DNA of 64,000 nt from Macrostomum lignano (taxonomy: Eukaryota): NCBI GenBank assembly GCA_002269645.1, contig NIVC01002040.1, forward strand, positions 62,001 through 126,000, in the 5' to 3' direction. The notes below the pieces were generated by a model that saw nothing but the letters and a program-made list of their open reading frames with translations, was not told where the DNA came from and searched no databases. Position numbers and translations under genes: made by a program. Shown here piece by piece: positions 45,701-55,789 of this stretch. Position 1 is the stretch's first letter. The number at the start of each line of letters is the position of its first letter.

Positions 45701-48700
45701 AACTGCAGCGGCTGGAGCGGCCGCAATCAGCGGTATCAGCAACAGCGGCGGCAGCGGCACTAGCAGCAGTAGTTCAACATCGACAACTGCTGCTCAACAA
45801 CGTCAAGGTCAGCAGCAGCAGGCGGCTGAGCAGAGAGAACGCGACGATAAGCTCGATATGCCGCCGCCGCCTAGTCCGGCGTCAAGCACGTGCAGCGATC
45901 AGAGCGGCCCCGTGCTGGTCAGCCCCGGCCCGTTCAAGCGCAAGAAAGCCCCAACTCCTATGCGCGACGCCAAAGAGAAAGCCGAACGAGAAGAAGAAGA
46001 AGAATGGTTCCTATCTGATGTGATCTTTGTTGAAGATGGTCGAAGCCAACCAGTTGGTCGGGTGTTGAAAGTGGACGGTAATATTGTTGCCGTTAGATTT
46101 TTGAAGGACGCAGCGGCTGCGTTTGCGGCTGCGGCTGCTGCTGCCGCTGCCGGCTCATCGTCGACCCTGTCAATGGAGGAATTGTCTAGCGTTGGCAGCA
46201 TCGGTGCAATTGGTTCCGCTAGTAGCGGCGCTGCTAATAATCCTTTACAAGATTGTCGATTATTGAAACGCGACGAATTGTCGGTGATTAAAGGCCCGGG
46301 CTGTCCCAGAGTGCCGGACTTCTATCAGAAGATACCGAAACGCGTGCCGCTTGTGTCCGCGGCCACTGGTTTCGGCGTTGGAGGCTCCGATGTGCTGGCT
46401 GTGGCTGTTGAGAATACTCAACTGCACGTGTTGTTAAGACAAGGCGGACGGGTCTGCCAGCAGACTCACAGTTTGCAGGTATGCTTACTGGATGGGAGTG
46501 CGTATTTACGCTTTTGGGAAATATAGCGTTCAGTCTCAATAGGTCAATCTTCCCGTCTTGTAGGTCAATCTTCCCGTCTTGTAGGTCACTCTCCTCAACT
46601 GGTGGGTCAGTCATCCCTATCCTGTGGGACTGGGTCAGTCTCCCTGTCTTGTGGGTCAGTTTCCCCATCTTGTGGGTCAGTCTTCTCTATCCTGTGGGTC
46701 AGTCTCCCTGTCTTGTGGGTCAGTCTCTCCATTTTGTGGGTCAGTCTCCCCATCTTGTGGGCCAGTCTCCCCATCTTGTGGGTCAGTCTTCTCTATCCTG
46801 TGGGTCAGTCTCCCGTCTCCCCATCTTGTGGGTCAGTCTCCCCATCCTGTGGGTCAGTCTCCCCATCTTGTGGGCCAGTCTCTCCATCCTGTGGGTCAGT
46901 CTCCCCATCTTGTGGGTCAGTCTCCCCATCCTGTGGGTCAGTCTCCCCATCTTGTGGGTCAGTCTCCCCATCTTGTGGGTCAGTCTCCCCATCTTGTGGG
47001 TCAGTCTCCCCATCTTGTGGGTCAGTCTCCCCATCTTGTGGGTCAGTCTCCCCATCTTGTGGGTCAGTCTCCCCATCTTGTGGGTCAGTCTCCTCAACCG
47101 ATGGGTACCTCTTCCCTTCCCATCTTCGGAGTACTTTCATATATATTCCATCGTATATTGATTTGCTTAATTCTCTACCCCCCCCTTCGTCCCCACCAGG
47201 GTCGCCTGCTGTCCGCAGTCCGCTTACTCACACCGGCCAGCCAATTCAGTCCGCCTGGCACCTCAATGCAACTGCTAGCCGGCACAGACAAATGCTTTCT
47301 AATAAGAGACGGCAGTGCTACAATTTATCCTTTACTGCGCGCCGGCAAAGACACTGCGGCCACGCCGTTTTGGCCAGATTTGCCGCCATTAAAATCGGCC
47401 GCATTGCAGACTGTTGTACAATCGTCAGGCGGCGTCGGAGGAGGCGGCGCTGCTAGTCGAGGCGCAGCCTCTGCCATGTCCGGCAATTCTTCATCATCTA
47501 GCAATTCGCCAACCTATCACCTCAGTCTATTAGTGTTCGCATGCCCGCTAGTGACTCCGCATGTACTGCGCGGAGATGTTGTCAAATTGCAACGGTTAGC
47601 CATCGAATGGCCGGACCGGTTGGCGGCCGCCTGTCTGAACGAACGAATTGACGGCGGCAGGAATGTTATTCATCTGGCTGTTAGCGTCACCGCGCCAACT
47701 TCTAATCATGCTGAGCATTCTATGGCTACTCATAGTAGTGCTAATAGTAGTAGTTCGGCTAATTCTGCTCAAGCTGCTGGTATGCAGTCGCAGCAGTCAT
47801 CGGCCGACTCGGCAGCGGCTGGCGGAGGCGGTGGCAGTTGGAATCCAATTGGATCGTCTTCTGTAAGTGCATTTATCACTATGCTGGTGGTAGATCTCTA
47901 ATAAGTAAGAGATGAGTTGCAAATTCTCAAGTTGAGATGAGATTTCCGGGCTTAGAGACTTGTATCTCGGCGTAGGGGGTGAGATTTCCGGGTTTAGGGA
48001 CCTGTACCTCTTGGTAGGGGATGAGATTTCCGAGTTTAGGAACCTGTATCTTTGGGAAGGGGTGAGATTTCCGAGTTTAGGGACCTGTATCTCTGAGTAG
48101 GGGCTGAGATTTCCGGGTTAGGAACCTGTATCTCTGAGTAGGGGGTGAGATTTCCGGGTTTAGGGACCTGTATCTCTGGGTAGGGGGTGAGATTTCCGGG
48201 TTTAGGGACCTGTATCTCTGGGTAGGGGGTGAGATTTCCGGGTTTAGGAACCTGTATCTCTGGATAGGGGTGAGATTTCCGGGTTTAGAGACCTGTATCT
48301 CTGGATAGGGGTGAGATTTCCGGGTTTAGAGACCTGTATCTTTGAATAGGGGTGAGATTTCCGGGTTCTGAGATCTGTATATGCTGATTAGAGTGAGATT
48401 TTCGGGTCTAAGGACCTGTATCTCTGGGTAGGGGTAAGTTTTTTGGGTTTAGAGACCTGTATCTCTAAGTAACGGGTAAGATTTCCGGGGTTAGATGTGC
48501 TTAATAATAGGGGGGGGGGGTGAGATTTCTGGGTTTATATGCACTCAATAGGGTGAGATGTCCGGGTTTAGGGTTGAGATTTTTGGGTCTAGATGTACAT
48601 GTACTAAGAAGGGTGAGTTGTCCAGGTTTAGATGCACTGAATAGGAATGAGATTTCCGTGCTTAGAGATCTGCATACTGAAATCCACAGTTTAAGTTGGA

Positions 48701-51700
48701 TATTTACTCAAGCCTGTTTAATTCTCATTTGATAGCTGTTTGTTCGCCGCAATGTTTACCATACTACTACTAGAAATGAGTAGACAAACGAGGGCATATT
48801 CTATGTTGAATAACTACAGGTCACCGAGACGTTTCTACGCCGCGGCGGCAGCTCCAGCAATCAACAACAGCAGCAGCAGCAGCAGCAAGCGGAAGATCTC
48901 CGTTTGAAGCAGCCGGGTGAAACCGATTCAGCTGGTTCGTCTTCCTCTTCGTCAATGTCGTCGAATGTCGGCGGCGGCGGCGGCGGCGGCGCCGGTGTCG
49001 GCTCGGACTCCGGGCCTACCTGGCAATTCGCTCCCATAGTTGACGACTCCACTATCAGGCGTAGAGAAGTGCTCGAACTGCTGCTGTGCCATTGTCCGGC
49101 TGTGCAGCCGCATTTGCCCAGCCTATTAAGCGCTAAGAATGCCGAAGGTCTGACACCATTCATGCTGGCCGTATCACTGCGTGCCTACGATTCTGCTTTG
49201 CTATTGCTGGATGTGGCTACTAATTCTATTGCTCAGCGAGACGAATTGCGCTGGCTAATATGCTTTATCCGCCTGGCAGCGGTCCGGATGATAATCCTCT
49301 GCTAGTACTGTGCATGAACGACACCTGCAGTTTCACTTGGACCGGGCCGTCGCATATTAATCAGGACATATTCGAGTGCAGAACCTGCGGCCTCATGCAC
49401 ACGTTCTGCTGTTGCACCGAGTGCGCCAGAGTCTGTCATAAAGGTCACGATTGCCGATTGAAACGGACTTCTCCGACTGCTTATTGCGATTGTTGGGAAA
49501 AATGTCGCTGCAAGTAAGTGTGCTAATCTGTCCCATCCCATGTGTGTATATACTAATCCCATCTTCATCAATCATTATCCCATTATCATGCATAATAATC
49601 TCCCACCGTTGCGCCCTATTCCGCAGATCCCTAATCGCCGGCTCTCAGCACGATCGATCGCTTCTATTGGACCGCCTGCTACTCGCCATGCCCTCCCTTG
49701 TCCTGCTGCCGAACAAGCGAGGCGAGCCAATCCTGCTATTCCTAGCTCGAACTGTGGGCCGCCAGCTCAACGAGCAGAAGCAGTACAGGCCCAGTCTGCA
49801 TCCCAGCAGCCGAAGCTCTTCATCTGCTCTGGCCACAGCTCGGGCACGCACTGCCGTAGCTGCCGCAGCAGCAGCAGCGGCCGCTCATAATCAGCATCAT
49901 CACCAGCAGCAGCAACAGCACGAGATGCTGCATCATCATCCGCATCATCATCATTCTCAATCTCAGCATCATCATCATCAGCAGCATCATCAATCCAATC
50001 CAGACTCTGGCGGCATGCCCGACAGCGATTTGGAGCCGCCGAAATTTGCTCAGAAAGCATTGCGCCGCCTACTGGAATGCTGGCCAGCTGTTCGCGCGAT
50101 GCTCATGTCCGGCGCCGAGACTCAGCCGCAGTCTATTCACCAGCTACAGCTGCGACAGCGTGGCTGCGGTCTATTGGATCAGTTCACCTTCACTCTGTTA
50201 GCCAAGTGTTCTCACACCGGCCCGGAGCTGATTGGCACACTAATTAGGACGCTGCGGTCGCCTAGGCAACTGGCCGATGACGCTCTGGCTGCTGAGGAGG
50301 CCGCTGGCCGGTTAGTTCGATCAGCTGTTCGAGTCTATCTCACTCTGGGCCTGGCCTCCGATCCCAGCCTACTGGTTGGAAAGCGGAACCAATTGGCCTG
50401 CCTGTGCCAGCAACTATTAGCCGGCTTGTTGCCAACTGCTCTGCACAATTTGCCGCTAATTGCTAGCGCTATGCTGGCCCCGGTCAGGCTTGGCCTATTG
50501 AAACCTCTGGGCAGTTTTACTCTCACCACAGCACTGTCTGATGCTGTACAATCTGCCGAAGATTTGTTCCTGTCTACAGCGCTGGCGCCCGCTGTACAGC
50601 AGCAGGCTGTTGCCGCGGCTAATGCTGCCACCGCAGCTGCCGCCGGCGCTGTCGGAGGCGCCGCGGTTGGATTTAATGAAGCTGGTCAGCCTGCGGCTTC
50701 GTTGGATCAGCAGCAGCTGCAAGCATCTCAGCAGCAGCAGCAACAACAGCAGCAACAGCAAGACGATCAGGCTAGCGAAGTTGACACCGATCTAGACATG
50801 TCCATCGCCGACGCTCAAGCCGACGACGTCGCGCCAGACGGAGCGGTTGACGAGTCGGAATACGCCGATATGCTAGTGGGAGAGGAGGACTCCGATTCTG
50901 AGCAGAGTAACGACTCCGCTCTGCTGCGATCTGGCGGGGAGTTGGCCGCCGCTGCTGCCGCTGCAGCTGCCGGTTCTTCATCCTCGGCCCAGCATCATCA
51001 TCATCAAGCCTCAGCCTACGCCGCATCTGATAGCGACGCTAGCGACGATGAACGCGGCGGAGGCGGCGGCGGCGGCAACGGTCACAGCGGGGTACCGCCG
51101 ATAGACGACTCAGAGGACGATTTCCTATCGGACGAAGTCGACGGCGACGAAGACATGCCGGACGATAACAGCGGAGGCACGGCAGCCGCTGGCGGCGAAG
51201 CAATCATTGCTGTGTCGTCGTCCAGTGAGGCAGCCGGAGCCGCTGCCGCATCTGCAGCTACTGCTGGCGGCGGCGGCGGGGGCGCCTACAGGCATCATCA
51301 GCAGCGAGGAGCTTCGCCAAATCGGGACCCGCTGCTGTGGGCGTTGAACACCGCCGAGAATCGGCTTCGAGTGCCAGGAGGCGGCAACAGCGGCGGTGTG
51401 ACGACTCCAGCTGTCATCTACCTGGATGGCGGCGGCGGCGGCTCGTCCTCTGCGCGTAGCGGCGGCGGCGGCGGTCGAGGCGGTGTCGGCGACGCCCATA
51501 GTCAGCACATGCTGGCCGGCGGATCTCGCGTTGGTGGCGGCGGTGGCGGCGGCGGCGGAAGCGGCGGCCTGTCATCGTCAGCTGGCGGCAGCGGTGCGGC
51601 CGGCTCCGTTGCAAACGAGCCGCCGGCCAATTCTCAGAACACGGCCGTTAATTTAGCCAGAGGATTCGCTTTGCTAATACGGCTAATTGCTGATTTAATG

Positions 51701-53062
51701 ACTGGCCAACAGCAGCAACAGCATGGTGGCAGCGGATTGGATCCTCTGCTGACTGGCCAGCAGCAATCGTCATCATCATCGTCTGGTGGTCTGCCAGCGC
51801 ACCTGCAGCCGCGTGTGCCCGCCTCCGCTAGGGAGGCTGTACAAGCCACTTTGCAGGTGAGAGCTGTGCTTATTTAGTTAGGCATGTTTCTCTTGCTCAG
51901 TAATTTATCAACAATTGACACTTATGGATTCTTAACTTCACTTCCTGTAGAGGACTTCGGAGTCCTTGAATAAGATTACTGTTACCTGTAGAAGACTTCG
52001 GAGTCCTTGAATAAGATTACTGTTACCTGTAGAAGAATTCGGAGTCCTTGAATAAGATTACTGTTACCTGTAGAAGACTTCGGAGTCCTTGAATAAGATT
52101 ACTGTTACCTGTAGAAGACTTCGGAGTCCTTGAATAAGATTACTGTTACCTGTAGAAGACTTCGTAGTCCTTGAATAAGATTACTGTTACCTGTAGAAGA
52201 CTTCGGAGTCCTTGAATAAGATTACTGTTACCTGTAGAGGACTTCGGAGTCCTTGAATAATATTACTGTTACCTGTAGAGGACTTCGGAGTCCTTGAATA
52301 AGATTACTGTTACCTGTAGAAGACTTCGTAGTCCTTGAATAAGATTACTGTTACCTGTAGAAGACTTCGGAGTCCTTGAATAAGATTACTGTTACCTGTA
52401 GAAGACTTCGGAGTCCTTGAATAAGATTACTGCTACCTGTAGAAGACTTCGGAGTCCTTGAATAAGATTACTGCTACCTGTAGAAGACTTCGGAGTCCTT
52501 GAATATGTTTACTTTTACCTGTAGAGGTCAATCAGGCGAATTTCGACCACTTGCCACATATAAAGAACCTGAGCTACTTATAGTAGCAGATTCAGACATT
52601 CCTATTATTTTCATTATTATACTACAGGACTCATGGAACTGGCTGGTAACCCTAACCGATTCGCTTGAAAGTCAATTACGTTTCGGCGCAAAATTCACCG
52701 TTGCTAACCGGGCCGCCGTTGCGGCCGCCGCCACCGCTGGTCGGTCGTCCGCCAGCGGCGCTGGTCGATCATCAGCTGGAATTGGCGGTGCTGCCGCCGG
52801 GTCTTCATCCTCTCAGCAGCAGCAGCAGCAGCATCATCATGGTCAGGCTCCGTCCGGCTATTTTGTCGCCGGTTCGGCTGCCGTCTCTGCTGTTGGCGGC
52901 AGCGGCCTTTCGGAGGCCAACACTCAGCGGACTCTGTCGGCTATGAATAGGCGGGAATTGCAGCATTATACTCTGTCTCAGGTGATTGCTGGCGCTTCTG
53001 TGCTCTTAGGGGGAGTTGACTGATTGACTAACTAACACTAAGACAGACGGGCAGACAGAAGT

Positions 53063-53103
<41 letters not shown>

Positions 53104-53135
53104 CAGGCAGGCAGACCGGCGGACAGACAGGCAGG

Positions 53136-53173
<38 letters not shown>

Positions 53174-53216
53174 AGCAGGCAGGCAGACAGACAGACAGAC
53201 AGACAGACAGACAGGC

Positions 53217-53283
<67 letters not shown>

Positions 53284-53344
53284 CAGGCAGGCAGACCGGC
53301 GGACAGACAGGCAGGCAGACAGACAGACAGACAGACAGACAGCT

Positions 53345-53376
<32 letters not shown>

Positions 53377-54366
53377 TTAAGGTAGAAAGTTAGAATAAGA
53401 TGAGTTCATTAGAATGAAGAGTACGTAGTTAATTCATCCACTGGACGCTAATAAAAGATATTTTATAAAGCAGACGTGTAGGTCTACATGTGTCCTGGTC
53501 TCAACCTTCCCCCCGCTCTGCCCCTCACCCGACCCCAGGTTCGAGCCGCCACCTCCGAGCACGGCGATTTCCTTCCAGCCCTCGACTTGGCCGCGTTCAA
53601 GCACCTGGCCTACGTTATTGACGCATTCTTCTATTTGATGAAGGCTGACTGCGGCGGCGGCAGCGGTGGCTCGACAGCGGCGCCTGGTGGATCAGACCTA
53701 GCCGGTTCAGCCGCTACCACCGCTGCTGCTCCTTCTGGTCATCCCGACTGGCTTCCGCCCCCGCCTCCGCCCCCGCCGCCGCCGCCTCCGCCGCAGGCGC
53801 TTCAACCGCCGTCTATACCTCCGCCGCCGCCGCTGCTGTCAGATGACATTCAGCAGCAACAGCAGGTGGCTCAGTTTCACGCCTATCAACATCAGCAGCA
53901 GCAGCAGCAGCCTCCGCCCCAGCGTCACGGATTTCTTCAACGGAGCAGTTCGACTCTAAGCTTAGCCGGTAATCCACCGGATCCGGTCCTGACCCCGCTA
54001 GCCGAGGCGCTGCCCCTAGCCGAAGCGCCTCATCTATTGCAGCCGAGCTCCCGACGCGAGGAACTATTCGCTATTGATAAACAGTCAGCCGATCGCGAGG
54101 AGAACTGTCCCAGTTATTTAGGCTTAACCCGGTCGCCGCACGGTTGGCCTTATAATGCTAGATTTCTCGATATTCGAACTTCGCCAAGTCTACTTAGCCG
54201 ATGGCATCTGACGCTGGAAATGTTCGGCAGACTGTTCGCAGACGATGTCGGCTTGGAGGCCAAGTCTACCATTGCCGAGCTGGGCGGATTTCCCGTTAAA
54301 GAGACTCGATTCCGCAAGGAGATGGAACGCTTGAGGAATGCTAGCCGACGGGATATTGCCCTCGAG
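33702..54366 (+). CDS. UBR5: E3 ubiquitin ligase UBR5/EDD/hyd, 5' part (3' incomplete): join(33702..33763,40269..40869,41772..42306,43170..43626,44551..44868,45659..46478,47200..47862,48820..49513,49627..51856,52628..52981,53539..54366), ~2520 codons
   Basis: N-terminus ([22 protein letters not shown]...[19 protein letters not shown]), UBA ([29 protein letters not shown]), [17 protein letters not shown] box ([44 protein letters not shown]), DLEPPKFA and [20 protein letters not shown] all match UBR5 as I recall it. Phases are consistent except for one missing base in exon 8. Confidence 0.93.
34890..35760. repeat. 24-bp minisatellite (TTATCAAGTGCAGTAATCCTTGGT), UBR5 intron 1
   Basis: Direct reading. 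Confidence 0.96.
40269..40869 (+). CDS. UBR5: UBR5 exon 2
   Basis: aaacag|T CTA CGC GAG...CGA TCG|gtgag; [21 protein letters not shown], poly-G/S/A tracts. Confidence 0.88.
41070..41715 (+). repeat. ~22-bp degenerate minisatellite (GACTAGGTGAGATTATCAGGT[A/T]A), UBR5 intron 2
   Basis: Direct reading. Confidence 0.9.
41772..42306 (+). CDS. UBR5: UBR5 exon 3 (UBA domain)
   Basis: accag|GTG GTA CCA; [45 protein letters not shown]; ACT G|gttag. Confidence 0.92.
42485..43075 (+). repeat. 20-bp purine-rich minisatellite (GATGGGAGATG[G/A]TAAGATTG), UBR5 intron 3
   Basis: Direct reading. Confidence 0.92.
43170..43626 (+). CDS. UBR5: UBR5 exon 4
   Basis: gttcag|GC; [26 protein letters not shown]...GRVATFMDE...GDIYW TG|gtgag. 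Confidence 0.9.
43800..44420. repeat. 25-bp minisatellite (TCCTGTATGACCTCACTCATCGTGC), UBR5 intron 4
   Basis: Direct reading. Confidence 0.92.
44551..44868 (+). CDS. UBR5: UBR5 exon 5; true frame not in ORF track
   Basis: ctccacag|G GGT GTC CTG CCA; (W)[18 protein letters not shown]...[16 protein letters not shown]...[19 protein letters not shown]|gt. Confidence 0.88.
45442..45626 (+). mobile_element. Dispersed ~185-bp repeat, copy 2 (UBR5 intron 5)
   Basis: Matches 25611-25795 in the same orientation; ends ~32 nt before the exon 6 acceptor. Confidence 0.7.
45659..46478 (+). CDS. UBR5: UBR5 exon 6
   Basis: ttcgcag|G TTT CGA; [48 protein letters not shown]; CAG|gtatg. Confidence 0.9.
46595..47095. 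repeat. 21-bp minisatellite (GTGGGTCAGTCTCCCCATCTT), UBR5 intron 6
   Basis: Direct reading. Confidence 0.95.
47200..47862 (+). CDS. UBR5: UBR5 exon 7
   Basis: ccaccag|GGT; [34 protein letters not shown]; TCT|gtaagt. Confidence 0.85.
47930..48660. repeat. ~40-bp minisatellite (GGGTGAGATTTCCGGGTTTAGGGACCTGTATCTCTGGGTAG), UBR5 intron 7
   Basis: Direct reading; decays toward 3' end. Confidence 0.92.
48820..49513 (+). CDS. UBR5: UBR5 exon 8 (ankyrin-like segment + UBR box) with apparent 1-nt frameshift near 49245-49251
   Basis: ctacag|GTC; [22 protein letters not shown] in one frame, [29 protein letters not shown]...CWEKCRC in another; AA|gtaagt. Confidence 0.88.
49627..51856 (+). CDS. UBR5: UBR5 exon 9
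   Basis: ccgcag|A TCC CTA ATC GCC; [67 protein letters not shown]; CAG|gtgag. Confidence 0.9.
51945..52524. repeat. 41-bp minisatellite (CCTGTAGAAGACTTCGGAGTCCTTGAATAAGATTACTGTTA), UBR5 intron 9
   Basis: About 14 near-identical copies. Confidence 0.96.
52628..52981 (+). CDS. UBR5: UBR5 exon 10
   Basis: ctacag|GAC TCA TGG; [18 protein letters not shown]...[11 protein letters not shown]|gt. Confidence 0.88.
53040..53376. repeat. (GACA)n/(GGCA)n microsatellite, UBR5 intron 10
   Basis: Direct reading. Confidence 0.95.
53539..54366 (+). CDS. UBR5: UBR5 exon 11 (last one visible)
   Basis: ccccag|GTT CGA; [68 protein letters not shown]|gtgagt. Confidence 0.9.
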
Positions 54367-54434
54367 GTGAGTCTTGGTAGTTTTATACCTTATATACCTG
54401 CTGGTATTCTTTAGCCACTGTAGACTGCCTCTTA

Positions 54435-54810
54435 TCTCACCCTCTCCCTGCCCGCCCTCTCCCTGCCCCTCACCCTCTCCCTGCCCCTCACTCTTTCCCT
54501 GCCCCTCCCTCCCCCTCTGCCTGCCCCTCACCCTCTTCCTGCCCCTCACCCTCTTCCTGCCCCTCACCCTCTTCCTGCCCCTCACCCTCTTCCTGCCCCT
54601 CACCCTCTCCCTGCCCCTCACCCTCTCCCTGCCCCTCACCCTTTCCCTGCCCCTCACTCTTTCCCTGCCCCTCACCCTCTGCCTGCCCCTCACCCTCTGC
54701 CTGCCCCTCACCCTCTGCCTGCCCCTGCCCCTGACCCTCTCCCTGCTCCTCACCCTCTCCCTACCCCTCATCCTCTCCTCCCCCTCCCTTCCCGCCTTCA
54801 CTCTCTCTTA
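54435..54810. repeat. 18-bp C-rich minisatellite (CCCTGCCCCTCACCCTCT)
   Basis: Direct reading. Confidence 0.93.
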
Positions 54811-55205
54811 GTTTAGCCATGTTTGTTTAAGCATAATAATGTAAGAATACCTTTTTTCTTAATGTATTGAATTTTGCATCGATATATTAGGGCTCTTACC
54901 ATTTCTACTAATAGTAGACTAAGTAGGCTAATAATTAGTGTTGTTCGTACTTTAACAGCGGCGGTAACTACGCAATAGTAAAAGAAGAATTCATATTTAT
55001 CCTTCGCGTTATCAACTCCAAGCCGGAGAAATTCCGGTTTTTATCGATTTCTGTCACTTCAATTCGACCCAACGCCCCCGCCTCGACCGCTTCTCATTGC
55101 TTCTCTCCTCGATTCGCCATAAAACTGCCGCTGCTGGTCTTGTTTGCTAAGAAAATTTCGCTTTTGCCCAAGCTACACCAAAATTTCTTGCACTGCGTGT
55201 TAAAG

Positions 55206-55206
<1 letters not shown>

Positions 55207-55267
<61 letters not shown>
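55207..55267. repeat. (CA)n microsatellite
   Basis: Direct reading. Confidence 0.97.
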
Positions 55268-55270
<3 letters not shown>

Positions 55271-55789
55271 ACGCACCGGGCACTTGTTGGTACGGTATAC
55301 AATGGTGGGCACTTATTTTGCAAATTTTTTTGACACACGAAAACACACACATACACACAGTGCAATGACCTATTAAGTATTTTTTGCATTTAACTGATGA
55401 AAAAAAGCATACATTGAAATAAAAAAGCACGTCCCATACTAATAGTATGATCTATTGAAAGTGAAGGAATAGCATATCATCGTGTAACTATATTGTCCTC
55501 AGTCAGCGAATTCAGCATTACTTGAAATACAAAAGGCTTCGTTAAAGCCAATCCACATGAAGGAAAAACTAGTTATAAGCAGTCTATTTACCTTTACCTT
55601 TACTAATACGCTATAATGCTGTCCGCAATATGCCTGACTAATATGAATAAAAAATTCAATTACACTTGCGCTTCGGAAAAAACCTAAAATTGACAGTGAA
55701 ACTGAAAAACTGAAACGCAGAGATTAGTTAAGCAGATTAAACAACAAATTCCGGTCGAGTGAGAAAACAGGAGTCTCGTTATTTAGAGC

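Noticed and set aside
47200-47862. UBR5 exon 7 is 663 bp, the same length as the satellite unit
   Set aside because: No sequence similarity between them; coincidence.
49211-49236. Tiny GT..CTAAT..CAG intron as explanation for the UBR5 frame change
   Set aside because: It is 24 nt long (a multiple of 3), so it cannot change frame; the upstream phase-1 donor option would delete the conserved RAY motif.
51945-52524. Regularly spaced 41-bp repeats as CRISPR array
   Set aside because: Head-to-tail units with no variable spacers, in a eukaryotic intron, with no cas genes.
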